Shown here one piece after another: positions 49,820 to 60,206 of a DNA stretch of 64,000 bases. The notes beneath the pieces were generated by a model. That model saw nothing but the letters and a program-made list of their open reading frames with translations, did not search any database and was not told the origin of the DNA. A program made the position numbers and the translations under genes. The stretch's first letter is position 1. Each line of letters opens with the position of its first letter. The stretch lies in the IMG/VR virus record IMGVR_UViG_3300021964_009400; one strand, given 5' to 3'. The stretch comes from a virus (Duplodnaviria > Caudoviricetes).

Positions 49820-50990
49820 TTGTGAATACGAACCATACGAAAGTTCAGATATAGGTAAAAATCCACAAAAAGAAATTGTAAAATCAGAATCTTACTATAA
49901 CCAAAAAAGTGGAATAGTATTTAGATGGGGAGATTATCAAGGAGACCCTAATAATTCTCATTCATCAATAATGAATAACCTATCGGGTAAACAAGGCTGG
50001 TATGGTCATCAAGCATATGGTGATGTAAACAAAGATGGGTTTCAAGATATACTTACAACTCATTGGAATTCTGAATACGATAGTGATACTAATTGGTATA
50101 TTAATAGTGGAGATAATAAAACATTTACCGAAGACGCACAATATATTAACTCATCACTTAAGGGATTGGGTAATTATAAAATATTAAAAACAGATGTTAA
50201 TAATGATAGTTTAGCAGATTATGTTTTACTTGGGGTAGATGAAAGAATACCAGGTGATTATGGTGGAAACTTTACAGTATTAATTCAAAATAAACAAGGT
50301 AAGTTTGATGTTAACTCAATAGATGAAGGTAAGGGGTTGTGGTATCACACCGGAGCTAGTGGAGATTTAGATGGAGATGGGTTTGTTGATATAGTAACTG
50401 CAACTTATATTTGGTTGGGAGATGGTACAGGTAATTTTATTAATACTAATATTAGTGTTGATGATTTTGGAATTAAACCTGCATTGAGTTATGAAATACT
50501 TGATATAAACAAAGACGGGTATAATGATATTATTGTAGGAACAATGAAACCAGGACCTGATATGTATGGTAGTAATTCAAGTATAATGTTGGGTAAACCT
50601 ACTTTTGGAGAATATGATATTATTTCATTACCCACTACTGAAACAAATGCTACACTTGATTTTGAATTTTTAGATTATGATAATGATGGAGATTTAGATA
50701 TATTAGAATTAAGAAACATAAATGCTGGTATAGATACCTGGTCAGATTACTCTTACATACATTTATATGAAAATGATAATTTAACCTTTACATTGAATAA
50801 TGAATTATTTAAAGAGGCAAAAGATGGTGGGTATATGCATGGTTCTCAAGATAAACATGGTTGGTCAAGATTTAAGATTGATGATATAGATAACGATGGA
50901 GTTATGGATATTGTTGCAGAAAATTATCAAGATGGATATTACAATGGACTAAAAAAGATTGCAGGTGAGTGGAAAAAACATCGATTTTAA
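49755..50990 (+). CDS. FG-GAP/VCBS-repeat beta-propeller lipoprotein
   Basis: Lipobox LLGSC; repeated DxNxDGxxD motifs (GDVNKDGFQD, GDLDGDGFVD, DINKDGYND, DYDNDGDLD, DIDNDGVMD). Confidence 0.8.
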   Translation: MIGILKNKKPLLLIGLLILLGSCEYEPYESSDIGKNPQKEIVKSESYYNQKSGIVFRWGDYQGDPNNSHSSIMNNLSGKQGWYGHQAYGDVNKDGFQDILTTHWNSEYDSDTNWYINSGDNKTFTEDAQYINSSLKGLGNYKILKTDVNNDSLADYVLLGVDERIPGDYGGNFTVLIQNKQGKFDVNSIDEGKGLWYHTGASGDLDGDGFVDIVTATYIWLGDGTGNFINTNISVDDFGIKPALSYEILDINKDGYNDIIVGTMKPGPDMYGSNSSIMLGKPTFGEYDIISLPTTETNATLDFEFLDYDNDGDLDILELRNINAGIDTWSDYSYIHLYENDNLTFTLNNELFKEAKDGGYMHGSQDKHGWSRFKIDDIDNDGVMDIVAENYQDGYYNGLKKIAGEWKKHRF

Positions 50991-51022
50991 TTTGCTAGTC
51001 TCAATTATTTTTCGTATATTTA
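50991..51022 (+). promoter_or_regulatory. variant promoter cassette
   Basis: TTTGCTAGTCTC...N20 spacer...TATATTTA. Confidence 0.7.
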
Positions 51023-51030
51023 CATAGTAA

Positions 51031-51546
51031 ATGAGTGATAATAATAACATTAAAACAAACAATTTGAAGAAAAAAATAGTTTACATTGATATGGATGGGG
51101 TCTTAGTTGATTTCGGTAAAGCAATCGAAGATTGGTTTAAACAACATCCACATTTAGAAGAAAGATACAAATCATTTCCTGACCACATACAAGGATTGTT
51201 CAGAATCGCTCCACCATATAAGGGGGCTATCGAGGCAGTTAAGAAACTACACGAAAGTGGTAAGTATGAATTATTTATTGCCACTTCTGCTCCTTGGGGT
51301 AATCCACAATCACTTACCGATAAAAGATTTTGGTTAGAAGATTACTTCGGTGATATCTTCCACAAAAGATTATTTACTACTCACAGAAAAGATTTATTAA
51401 TGGGAGATTATCTTATTGATGATAGGTTGAAGAATGGTGCTGGTGAGTTTAGTGGAGAGTTATTGAGATTTGGATATGATTGGGAAAACGATAACAAACC
51501 AAACGAATATCCTGATTGGGATTCTATTTTAGATTACTTATTATAA
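51031..51546 (+). CDS. 5'(3')-deoxyribonucleotidase (HAD superfamily)
   Basis: YIDMDGVLVDF, ATSAPW, DKRFWL, DYLIDDR. Confidence 0.85.
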   Translation: MSDNNNIKTNNLKKKIVYIDMDGVLVDFGKAIEDWFKQHPHLEERYKSFPDHIQGLFRIAPPYKGAIEAVKKLHESGKYELFIATSAPWGNPQSLTDKRFWLEDYFGDIFHKRLFTTHRKDLLMGDYLIDDRLKNGAGEFSGELLRFGYDWENDNKPNEYPDWDSILDYLL

Positions 51547-52001
51547 TGAAAGATTTTTTAGATAGTTTAGGAAATTACTTTATAGTTGTATTAATAGTAG
51601 TATTGATGATAATTGCATCTTCGTGTACAACTGAAGATGATGATGTTTTATTAACTCTACCTGCACCAAGTTTAAAACTAAATGGAAACTTAGAACTAGA
51701 TAGTAATGGTTACTATCGTTTAGATTTAAACGAAAATACAAACCAAACAATCCACAGAATAAGTGGCATTGTTCACAATCACCAATACTATGAATCACTT
51801 AAAGTATCTTGGGATAGTAATCTTACTTGGGAATATCAAGGAGAGGTTGTAAGTACATCTAATCAAGCATCTTATGTGGTTGATGGTAAAGTTTATAATG
51901 TAATAGCACCAATCAATACAATGATAGGAGATACTCTTATACTAACAGGTACTATCAGAGAACATTTAGTTACTGATAGTATAAAAATAATACTTGAATG
52001 A
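51546..52001 (+). CDS. putative lipoprotein
   Basis: Hydrophobic signal ending IASSC; ATG 51546. Confidence 0.6.
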   Translation: MKDFLDSLGNYFIVVLIVVLMIIASSCTTEDDDVLLTLPAPSLKLNGNLELDSNGYYRLDLNENTNQTIHRISGIVHNHQYYESLKVSWDSNLTWEYQGEVVSTSNQASYVVDGKVYNVIAPINTMIGDTLILTGTIREHLVTDSIKIILE

Positions 52002-52327
52002 GTACTGATATCGAATGGCCATTAACTCCAATTACCGAAGAAACTTTTGAAAGACAAGATTGGGAAAGATATGATGAAGTTGAAATAACAAAAGATGGTA
52101 AAAAAGATAAATACTATTATTTTATGTTACCACTACCAAAAGATAATCCTGATGATAAAGCAGCGTGTTTAGTATCATCAACAAATGATGAGTATGAAGA
52201 TTTTGAGTTTTTAAAAAAAGGAGAATACTTGATTCAACTAGAAGGTACTATGGGGTTGGGAGTTTGTAGGCATGAAGAAGAATTAGCAATATTATATAAA
52301 TCATTAACAAAACAAGATATAGAATGA
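51998..52327 (+). CDS. hypothetical protein
   Basis: 109-aa ORF, ATGA overlaps. Confidence 0.65.
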   Translation: MSTDIEWPLTPITEETFERQDWERYDEVEITKDGKKDKYYYFMLPLPKDNPDDKAACLVSSTNDEYEDFEFLKKGEYLIQLEGTMGLGVCRHEEELAILYKSLTKQDIE

Positions 52328-52983
52328 GAAAATACACCGCAGAACAATTACAAGAAAACTATAATAAGTTTATAGAGGCACTAAAGAAAGTATTTAGTGG
52401 AGAAAGATTAGAAAAACTTCTTCATATGTACTCTGAAGAAGAATTAGGACAAGAACTTGCAGTAGCACCAGCAAGTGGAAGATTGGCATTTCACTCTGCA
52501 TATGTAGGTGGTTATATTGACCATGTTATGAATGTAGCAAAAAATGCGTATAAGATGAAAAAACTATATGAAGAAGGTGGAGTAAAAATTGATTTTACCG
52601 ATGAAGAATTATTCTTTGCAGCGTTTCATCACGATTTAGGAAAATTAGGAAACGATGAGGGTCCATTATATTTACCTGAAACATCGGATTGGCACAGAAA
52701 AAATCAAGGTAAAGTATTTAAACAAAATACAGATTTAAATTTTATGGATGTTACACATAGGGCATTACATCTACTCGCTAAATATCAAATTCCTTATACT
52801 GAAAAGGAAATGTTAGGAATAATGTTAGCAGATGGGTTATACAATGAAGCAACTAAACCTTACTTTATTTCTTTTAATCCAGATTATGGATTAAAAACTG
52901 ATTTACCATATATCTTACATTGGGCAGACCACATGAGTTGTAGACAAGAAAGAAAAGAATTTGAAGATTCAAAACCTTTCTAA
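52324..52983 (+). CDS. HD-domain phosphohydrolase
   Basis: APAS...FHSAYVGGYIDHV, FHHDLGK, LHWAD. Confidence 0.8.
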   Translation: MRKYTAEQLQENYNKFIEALKKVFSGERLEKLLHMYSEEELGQELAVAPASGRLAFHSAYVGGYIDHVMNVAKNAYKMKKLYEEGGVKIDFTDEELFFAAFHHDLGKLGNDEGPLYLPETSDWHRKNQGKVFKQNTDLNFMDVTHRALHLLAKYQIPYTEKEMLGIMLADGLYNEATKPYFISFNPDYGLKTDLPYILHWADHMSCRQERKEFEDSKPF

Positions 52984-52984
52984 C

Positions 52985-53055
52985 TGACAAATAGTCATAA
53001 CCAAAAGTGATTATACTGACAAATTGTCATACTTTTGAGATTGGTATAGATTTGG
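52985..53055 (+). promoter_or_regulatory. two TGAC-N5-GTCA palindromes plus sigma54-like -24/-12 element upstream of hsp20
   Basis: TGACAAATAGTCA 52985-52997, TGACAAATTGTCA 53017-53029, TTGGTATAGATTTGG 53041-53055. Confidence 0.6.
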
Positions 53056-53095
53056 TAATATAATATGTAAATGTTTAATTAAAAAAAGGAATATT

Positions 53096-53467
53096 ATGTT
53101 TTACACAATTAATGAAAATTTCGTAGATAACTTTTTTAGAGACATCTACACAACAAAAACAACAAACAAGTTAAACTCATCTTTCGAAGCAGAAGTATTA
53201 GAAGATGGTAAACAACAAGTTATTGTAAACACTATCGGACATAATCCGAAAGATATTACAGTAGATGTTACTGAAGAAGAAATCAAAATCAAATCTAAAA
53301 AAGGAGAAGGAAGTTCTCGTTTTGTAAAAGATATTGATTTGACTCTTACAGTTGGTACTGATTACGATGGTACAAAAACAACTGCAAGTTTTGATAATGG
53401 GTTACTCACTCTCCAAATTGATAAGAAAATAAATAAAAAAGCTAAGTCTTTGAAGATTTCTTATTAA
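53096..53467 (+). CDS. small heat-shock protein (Hsp20/alpha-crystallin)
   Basis: GHNPKDITVDV...ASFDNGLLTLQI. Confidence 0.85.
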   Translation: MFYTINENFVDNFFRDIYTTKTTNKLNSSFEAEVLEDGKQQVIVNTIGHNPKDITVDVTEEEIKIKSKKGEGSSRFVKDIDLTLTVGTDYDGTKTTASFDNGLLTLQIDKKINKKAKSLKISY

Positions 53468-53489
53468 TATCCATAATCAGAAAAAAAAG

Positions 53490-53519
53490 AAAGGGGGGTT
53501 GTAAAATCTCCCTTTTTTT
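53490..53519 (+). terminator. intrinsic terminator (likely bidirectional)
   Basis: AAAGGGGGGTT-GTAA-AATCTCCCTTT stem with GNRA loop, A-run before and T-run after. Confidence 0.75.
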
Positions 53520-53560
53520 ATATCTTAATATTTATAAGTACACAATAAAATATATCATAT

Positions 53561-53740
53561 ATGAAACCAATATATAAAGATAGAGTTACAAACAACTTAG
53601 AATCTTCTATTACTAAACTAAAAGTAGTAAAGGAGATGGTAACAGGAAAAAGACCTGCTGATTCTAAAATGGCAGATTCGAATCTACAACAAGTAATCAA
53701 AGTACTTGGTGAAATCCAAGAGGTTGTAGAACGAGGATAA
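53561..53740 (+). CDS. hypothetical protein (59 aa)
   Basis: MKPIYKDRVTNNLES...VVERG after ATATTTATA; below ORF-track cutoff. Confidence 0.7.
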   Translation: MKPIYKDRVTNNLESSITKLKVVKEMVTGKRPADSKMADSNLQQVIKVLGEIQEVVERG

Positions 53741-53744
53741 TACA

Positions 53745-54971
53745 ATGAAATTTAGAACTTTACTATTAGGGCTATCGGCACTTTTTGTGGCATTCAATGC
53801 GGCGTTCTTCTCAGTAAGTGGTTTATCGAAACTATTTGCTGGTGCTTCTATATCTGTAATCTTAATGGCAAGTTCATTAGAATTAGCAAAATTAATTACT
53901 GCTGGTTATCTTTACAACTATTGGGAAAAGATAAACAAAGTATTTAGATGGTACCTAGTCACAGGTGTTGTTATACTTGTACTAATTACCTCACTTGGTA
54001 TTTATGGATTCCTTACATCTGCGTTCCAAGATACATTTAATCAATTCTCAGTAAATGAAAAAGAAAAAACATTCTTACAACAAAAAGAAAAGTTCTACTC
54101 TGATGATGTTGCGAGATATGATGAAGAACTTGAAAGAATATCTAATAACATTAGTACTCTTTCCAATGCTAAATCTCAATCAATCCAAGTACGAGACACC
54201 TCGGTGGTTGGAGGCGTTAGAACCACAATATCCACGGCTGAGTTACGCTTGGCACAAAGTAGAATTAATGTGGAAGAAGAAAATAGGAAAGGTGTTCAGG
54301 CGAAAAGAGAAGTAGCAGCTGATTCATTACAATCTATTCAGTTAAAGATTTTAGATTTAGATACAAACTTAGAAGGAGCATCTGAATTAGGACCACTACA
54401 ATACCTAAGTGGATTGACTGGGTATGGAATGGATAAGATTATCAACTGGTTAATTCTAATCATTATCTTTGTGTTTGACCCACTTGCAGTTGCACTTGTA
54501 GTTGCGTTTAACAATGCTATTAAAGTGGATAGGGGTATTGTAGATAAACAGAAAGTAATTCGTAAGAGAGAGTTATATGATGAAGTACCAGATGAAGAAG
54601 AAATTTATGAAGAGGAAGATGAACTCGAAGAAGAAGGTGAATTAGAAGATGAGAAAGTAATTGAAGAAGAAATTAATAAAAATGCAATTCATAAAGCATT
54701 AAAAAAAGAATCTGAAAAAGAAACTATAAATGATGGTTATGATTTAACAGAGGAACAGGTTAACGAATACTATGAAAAAGAAGGTTGGAAACTTCCTTTT
54801 AATGGTAAACCTTACTATACACATCCAAGGTTTGATTGGGAAAGAACAGAAAGATGGGTAAATGATAGAAATGCTATTAACTATTGGATGAAACGAAAAG
54901 GTGGTAGTTCACAAGAGTTAAGACAGTTAAAAGAACAATACCCAACAGATTTTTCAAAAAAAACTTACTAA
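53745..54971 (+). CDS. membrane-anchored coiled-coil protein
   Basis: Three N-terminal TM helices, coiled coil, ELGPLQYL, FVFDPLAV, acidic tail. Confidence 0.75.
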   Translation: MKFRTLLLGLSALFVAFNAAFFSVSGLSKLFAGASISVILMASSLELAKLITAGYLYNYWEKINKVFRWYLVTGVVILVLITSLGIYGFLTSAFQDTFNQFSVNEKEKTFLQQKEKFYSDDVARYDEELERISNNISTLSNAKSQSIQVRDTSVVGGVRTTISTAELRLAQSRINVEEENRKGVQAKREVAADSLQSIQLKILDLDTNLEGASELGPLQYLSGLTGYGMDKIINWLILIIIFVFDPLAVALVVAFNNAIKVDRGIVDKQKVIRKRELYDEVPDEEEIYEEEDELEEEGELEDEKVIEEEINKNAIHKALKKESEKETINDGYDLTEEQVNEYYEKEGWKLPFNGKPYYTHPRFDWERTERWVNDRNAINYWMKRKGGSSQELRQLKEQYPTDFSKKTY

Positions 54972-55015
54972 AAGCCATTGTAGTCTCAAATATTTTTCGT
55001 ATATTTACTTTGTAA
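54970..55015 (+). promoter_or_regulatory. repeated early promoter cassette, copy 9
   Basis: CCATTGTAGTCTC 54975-54987; TATATTTA 55000-55007. Confidence 0.75.
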
Positions 55016-55036
55016 ATAAACTATAAAAGATATAAT

Positions 55037-55984
55037 ATGAATTTAGGTTATGCATGTATTAATATGACTTTAGGTAAACAAAAACCTAAAGTAACCACTA
55101 ATCGTTCAATGATTAAAAGAACCTTCTTAGAGAAGGGTGTAGATTATGCTGGTGAGCTATCTCTCCAAAATGTAAGAGATTTATTTACTATATTAGAATG
55201 GAACAATGAAAATAATATAAAATGTTTCAGAGTATCCTCTGATATATTTCCTTGGGCTTCTGAATATGGTATTGAAAATTCTCCTTACTATTTGAGAATA
55301 AAAACTATACTAAATGCATGTGGTCATTATGCAAAACAACATGGTATTCGTATTACTTCACATCCTGGTCCTTTCAATGTTTTAGTATCTCCTAATCCAA
55401 AAGTTGTTGATAATACAATTACTGATTTAGAGATACATGGTAAAGTATTTGATATGATGGGGTTATCTAAAACTCCATACAACAAACTAAACATTCATTG
55501 TAACGGTGTGTATGGTGATAAGATTTCTGCTATGGATAGATTCTGTAAGAACTTTGAAAAGTTATCAGAATCAGTACAAGGTAGATTGACTGTTGAGAAT
55601 GATGATAAAGCATCTATGTACTCAGTAAAAGATTTGATGTACATACATGAGAGAATTGGTATTCCTATTGTATTCGATTATCATCACCACAAATTCAACA
55701 CAGGTGGTTTAACTGAACAAGAGGCACTTGAATTGGCAATCTCTACATGGCCAAAAGATATCAAACCAATTGTTCATTATTCAGAATCAAAAGCATTACA
55801 CGAAGGTAATGAAAAACTAAAACCACAGGCTCATTCAGATTACATCAATGATTTACCTGATTTGTATGGTAACGATGTAGATGTTATGGTAGAAGCTAAA
55901 GCAAAAGAGTTATCTATACTACCTTTCATTAAATCAAACAGATGTGAATATAGTGGTTTACTAAACACATCAAGTTACGAATGA
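55037..55984 (+). CDS. uvsE: UV DNA damage endonuclease
   Basis: LGYACIN, FRVSSDIFPW, SHPGPF, LTVENDD, VFDYHHH, HYSES, AHSDYI, EAKAKE. Confidence 0.9.
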   Translation: MNLGYACINMTLGKQKPKVTTNRSMIKRTFLEKGVDYAGELSLQNVRDLFTILEWNNENNIKCFRVSSDIFPWASEYGIENSPYYLRIKTILNACGHYAKQHGIRITSHPGPFNVLVSPNPKVVDNTITDLEIHGKVFDMMGLSKTPYNKLNIHCNGVYGDKISAMDRFCKNFEKLSESVQGRLTVENDDKASMYSVKDLMYIHERIGIPIVFDYHHHKFNTGGLTEQEALELAISTWPKDIKPIVHYSESKALHEGNEKLKPQAHSDYINDLPDLYGNDVDVMVEAKAKELSILPFIKSNRCEYSGLLNTSSYE

Positions 55985-56053
55985 GTGCAAAGAATTGGTT
56001 AGAAAAATTAAAACAAATAAAAAATAAAATAAAAATTAATAAATTTATATAAT

Positions 56054-56296
56054 ATGAATAAATCAGAAATTACAAAAAATTTAAAACAGATTAAAAAGTT
56101 ATTGGAAGAAGAATCTCCAATAATAGCAAAAGAAAGAATTGGTTTTTTAATCAATGATATTGAAAAAGAAAGATTATATAGAAGTAATCAAGGAAGAAGT
56201 GATAGACAAGTTGAAAACAATTACAAAATATTAGTTTGGTCTGTAATCGGTTTGGTTACTGCATTTCTTGTTTCACTACTATTTCCTTGGGTTTAA
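56054..56296 (+). CDS. small protein with C-terminal TM helix
   Basis: N-terminus resembles the orphan frame at 6434-6553. Confidence 0.6.
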   Translation: MNKSEITKNLKQIKKLLEEESPIIAKERIGFLINDIEKERLYRSNQGRSDRQVENNYKILVWSVIGLVTAFLVSLLFPWV

Positions 56297-56305
56297 AAAA
56301 AAGTT

Positions 56306-56536
56306 ATGAAAGATTCAAAAATTATTAAATGGAATATTAAGTGGTTAGTAATATCTACTATCTTAGTATTGGGTGTGGTATTACTTACAAGTTTTAGTAC
56401 AACACAAAAAGAAATTTCGTGGGAACAAAAGTATCATGAAATAAAAAAAGAAAGAGATTATTATAAAAAAGCATCCGAAAAACTCTTAAAAAATTGGAAA
56501 GAGTGTGAAGTAAAAATTATAAAAATCATTGAGTAA
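56306..56536 (+). CDS. small membrane-anchored protein
   Basis: Hydrophobic helix then coiled segment. Confidence 0.55.
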   Translation: MKDSKIIKWNIKWLVISTILVLGVVLLTSFSTTQKEISWEQKYHEIKKERDYYKKASEKLLKNWKECEVKIIKIIE

Positions 56537-56744
56537 TATTAACGCAATGCCACAAGTAGTGGTAGTACATAAAAATCCACGAAAGAACGGTAAAGTATTT
56601 TTAGAGGTATTTGAAAATACAAGAGTTGATGATATTATATCAACTGCAAAAAGAAAACCATTAATACCAAAAGAAAACGAAATATTAGATATTGGCGTGG
56701 GAATATCATTTAAAGAAAAATATAAAAAGAAACACAAATTATGA
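56529..56744 (+). CDS. hypothetical protein
   Basis: 71-aa ORF in operon. Confidence 0.6.
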   Translation: MSNINAMPQVVVVHKNPRKNGKVFLEVFENTRVDDIISTAKRKPLIPKENEILDIGVGISFKEKYKKKHKL

Positions 56745-56974
56745 AAAAATTAAAATTATTTTGGGAATTATATTATCCAGTAATACTGGCATTTTTATCA
56801 TTCTTATTCTCAGTATCCTTATGGTTTAGCGGGAATGAATTAGAAGGAATATTTGTTGGAATATGGGTTCCATCAATATTGGCTTTTTCAATTGCAATCA
56901 GACAAAGAAGAAATGATTACTTTAGAAAAGAAGCAGCAAAAAAAAGATATTATAATAGAAAAAGAAAGAAATGA
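56741..56974 (+). CDS. small membrane protein
   Basis: GIFVGIWVPSIL motif, two TM segments. Confidence 0.65.
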   Translation: MKKLKLFWELYYPVILAFLSFLFSVSLWFSGNELEGIFVGIWVPSILAFSIAIRQRRNDYFRKEAAKKRYYNRKRKK

Positions 56975-57183
56975 CACTAGGTATTTTTCTATTTGGGTTT
57001 TTCGTATTTTCATTGTATCTAGTTGGATTGCTTACAATGTTAAATAAAGCACACCAACAACAAACAAAAGAATTGCAAAATGATCCTGAATTGAAAGAAT
57101 TTGATTGGAAGGAATATGATAAAAAGATGTTAGAAACACCTAATAAAAAAAGAAAAAGTTATAAAAGAAAACAAAAGACTTGA
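56971..57183 (+). CDS. small membrane protein
   Basis: N-terminal TM helix, basic tail. Confidence 0.6.
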   Translation: MTLGIFLFGFFVFSLYLVGLLTMLNKAHQQQTKELQNDPELKEFDWKEYDKKMLETPNKKRKSYKRKQKT

Positions 57184-57764
57184 AACAAAAAAAGATTTTA
57201 ATTGTAGTAGGACATCCAAATAAGAAATCATTCTGTTGGAATGGTATCTATAAAACTGCTACAAGACAAATGAGGAAACATAAACAATCATATCGAGTGA
57301 TTGATTTGTACAGAGATTCCTTTTCAAGACCAAGAACAGAGTTGATTAAGAAGTACCAAGATTTGGTAACTTGGTCAACTCACATTTACTTTATATCTCC
57401 TGTATGGTGGTTTAGATTAACACCAAGAATGGAAGTATTCTTTGATGAAGTATTCACACCAGGTTTCGCATACAAGTTTGTAAATATAACTAAACTATAT
57501 GCGTATCCTAAACCATTCCTCAAAGATAAAAAAGTGAGAACTTATATTACACATGGAGCACCCATGTTACCTGTCATAACTCTATATCTTAACTCAGTCA
57601 AACTAAGATTAGTGTTGGGTGTGTTTACCTTTGTATTTGGTTGGAAACCAAGCAGGTGGTTTAAAACAAAACAATTCTGGTCAGTACCATTTGTATCAGA
57701 TAAAAAAAGAAGAACGTATCTTACAACAGTAAAAAATGATATTAGAAAAGATTTAGGACTTTGA
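57180..57764 (+). CDS. flavodoxin-fold NAD(P)H-dependent (quinone) oxidoreductase
   Basis: VVGHPNKKSF, IDLY, SPVWWF, FDEVFTPGFAY, THGAP. Confidence 0.85.
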   Translation: MKQKKILIVVGHPNKKSFCWNGIYKTATRQMRKHKQSYRVIDLYRDSFSRPRTELIKKYQDLVTWSTHIYFISPVWWFRLTPRMEVFFDEVFTPGFAYKFVNITKLYAYPKPFLKDKKVRTYITHGAPMLPVITLYLNSVKLRLVLGVFTFVFGWKPSRWFKTKQFWSVPFVSDKKRRTYLTTVKNDIRKDLGL

Positions 57765-59140
57765 AATTAAGAGAGAATCAAATAGAACCAGTAGCAATTG
57801 GAGTTGAGTTTTTACGAACTCCAAAAATGAAACCATCTATTATTGTGGCACCAACTGCCTTCGGTAAATCGATTGTTATTGCTGCAATTGCAAAAGAACT
57901 TGGTGAAAAAATTCTCGTACTGCAACCATCAAAAGAACTTTTAGAACAAAACTATAATAAGTTTATAACTCTCGGTGGAGAGGCATCTATTTATTCTGCT
58001 TCAATGGGAAGTAAAGAATTGGGTGATGTAACTTATGCAACGATTGGTTCGATAATCAATATTGCGTATAAGTTTAAAGAGATGGGGGTCACTAAGATTA
58101 TAATCGATGAGTGCGACAGATATCCAAGAAACAAATCAGGACAGTTAAGAAGATTTGTAGATGGTATGAAAGCAACTCATGTACTTGGTCTTACTGCAAC
58201 CCCCTTAAAATTACAAACCAACATGGGAGAAACTGGTCCATATTCAAAGTTGGTGATGTTAACAAATCGTTCTAAACATGGAGTATTCTTTAAGTACATA
58301 CTTCATGTTTCTCAGATTCAAGACATTGTTAAGTTGAAATATTGGAGTCCATTAGAATATCAATCTTATGATTTTGATACTGGTGCTTTAGTTTACAATT
58401 CAAGTGGTGCTGAATATACACAAGAATCTATTGCTCGTTCTTATGAGAACCAAAACATTGGTGATAAGATTGTAAAGAAAATTGCAGAAGTACAAGATAG
58501 AAAATCTATACTTGTTGCAGTGCCAACAATAGAACAAGCAACTAATCTTGCAAAACGAATTCCACAAGCAGCGGTTGTACATGGTGGTACACCAACACAA
58601 GAAAGAAAGAGAATCATAGAAGAGTTTAGAAACCAACAGATACGAGTTATCGTACAAGTAAACGTACTAACAGTTGGATTTGATTATCCTGAATTAGATT
58701 GTTTGATTACAGGTAGACCAACCGCATCTATATCTTGGTGGTATCAATTTGTTGGTAGAGGAACTCGTATTCATCCACAAAAAGAAAATTGTTTAGTGGT
58801 TGATTTTGTAGGTTCAGTAGAAAAGTTTGGTAAAGTAGAAGAACTATACTATAAAGATACTGGTGGTGAAGAATGGGAATTGTTCGGAGAAGGTAAGAAA
58901 CAAATCACAGGTATCCCAATGCATGAAATCGGAGTACACTTAGAAGGTGGTATTAACCTTGCAGAGAAAACAAATGAAGATGGTGATATAGAAAAGGTTT
59001 ATATGACCTTTGGAAAATACAAAGGTAAACCAGTTGCATCGGTTCCACCATATTATAGAAAGTGGATGATAGATAATATTACTTGGGGTCCTTGGAATAT
59101 GAAAATAAAAAACGAAATAGAAAGATTATCTAATTTATAA
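57761..59140 (+). CDS. DEAD/DEAH-box (SF2) helicase
   Basis: APTAFGKS, IIDECD, GLTATP, LTVGFDYP, QFVGRGTR; C-terminal MTFGKYKG domain. Confidence 0.9.
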   Translation: MKLRENQIEPVAIGVEFLRTPKMKPSIIVAPTAFGKSIVIAAIAKELGEKILVLQPSKELLEQNYNKFITLGGEASIYSASMGSKELGDVTYATIGSIINIAYKFKEMGVTKIIIDECDRYPRNKSGQLRRFVDGMKATHVLGLTATPLKLQTNMGETGPYSKLVMLTNRSKHGVFFKYILHVSQIQDIVKLKYWSPLEYQSYDFDTGALVYNSSGAEYTQESIARSYENQNIGDKIVKKIAEVQDRKSILVAVPTIEQATNLAKRIPQAAVVHGGTPTQERKRIIEEFRNQQIRVIVQVNVLTVGFDYPELDCLITGRPTASISWWYQFVGRGTRIHPQKENCLVVDFVGSVEKFGKVEELYYKDTGGEEWELFGEGKKQITGIPMHEIGVHLEGGINLAEKTNEDGDIEKVYMTFGKYKGKPVASVPPYYRKWMIDNITWGPWNMKIKNEIERLSNL

Positions 59141-59718
59141 TGTATAAGAAGTTTTTGTTTAATGATGATTGTGTTTTAGACCTTAAACTAAATAAGGTAA
59201 TATATAATTTTAATAGTGAGTATGAAGATTATTTAGAATGGAAAAAACAAAATCCAAATCTTGATTATATAATAACCAAAGAAAGAGATGGTAAATTAAA
59301 ATGGAATCAAGGAGTACCTATAAAAAAAGAAAATGAAGAATTGTATTACCAATTAAATGGTAAACTTTTTAGAAAAAAAATATTTGACGAAGGAAAGTTA
59401 GTAAAAGAATTAGAATATTTTACAGAGGACGAGTTAAATTTTGACGCAGAAGTAATCTATAAAGAAACTAAATACGCCAATGAAATAAAAACAGATGAGA
59501 TACGATATTACTATTTTCCAAGAAATGTACAAACTCATATAATTTTTTATCCACCTAGTGATGAATACGAATTATCATATTATAAAAAAGAATTAGATAT
59601 TCAAGGAAAATTAAATAACGAAGTGGAGTGTATAATAAAAAATAATGTTAAGTATTTTAAAGAAACTATTTTTGATGCAATTGGTAATATAAAAAATACA
59701 AAAGAGTGGGAAGAATAA
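59140..59718 (+). CDS. hypothetical protein
   Basis: 192-aa ORF. Confidence 0.6.
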   Translation: MYKKFLFNDDCVLDLKLNKVIYNFNSEYEDYLEWKKQNPNLDYIITKERDGKLKWNQGVPIKKENEELYYQLNGKLFRKKIFDEGKLVKELEYFTEDELNFDAEVIYKETKYANEIKTDEIRYYYFPRNVQTHIIFYPPSDEYELSYYKKELDIQGKLNNEVECIIKNNVKYFKETIFDAIGNIKNTKEWEE

Positions 59719-60206
59719 GAAAAACTTTTATTGATAAAATTATAAAAGAAAAAAATATTAAGTTTAATAGACCGAAAAATTTTTATGTTTATGTATATAT
59801 AAATGTGGAAAATGGTGAAGGTGTATTTAATATAAACAATAATCTAGAGCGTAATGTGGTAGAAGAATTGGTAGATTATATAAATGAAGTAGAGTATAAA
59901 AATGTTGTACTTATTTGCAGAAGTGAAAAAGAACAATTTTCAGAACCATTTCCAAGTATATCGGAAGTTAAATTTTTAAAAGAAGAAACAAATAAAAATG
60001 TAAAAATTTTTTATCAAGAACCATGGCCTGCAAAAGTTCCTAACTTTATTGAAAGCGATGAAACTTTATTTATAAGGTTTGGATTTGATGAGGGTTGTGA
60101 CTTTGATAAATTATGTGTTTCCTCTCCAACATTTAAAACAAAAAAAGAAGATGGTGAATACTTTTTTTTAATAAACGAAACTAATAGTAAATTATTATAT
60201 GAATAA
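59706..60206 (+). CDS. hypothetical protein
   Basis: 166-aa ORF. Confidence 0.55.
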   Translation: MGRIRKTFIDKIIKEKNIKFNRPKNFYVYVYINVENGEGVFNINNNLERNVVEELVDYINEVEYKNVVLICRSEKEQFSEPFPSISEVKFLKEETNKNVKIFYQEPWPAKVPNFIESDETLFIRFGFDEGCDFDKLCVSSPTFKTKKEDGEYFFLINETNSKLLYE

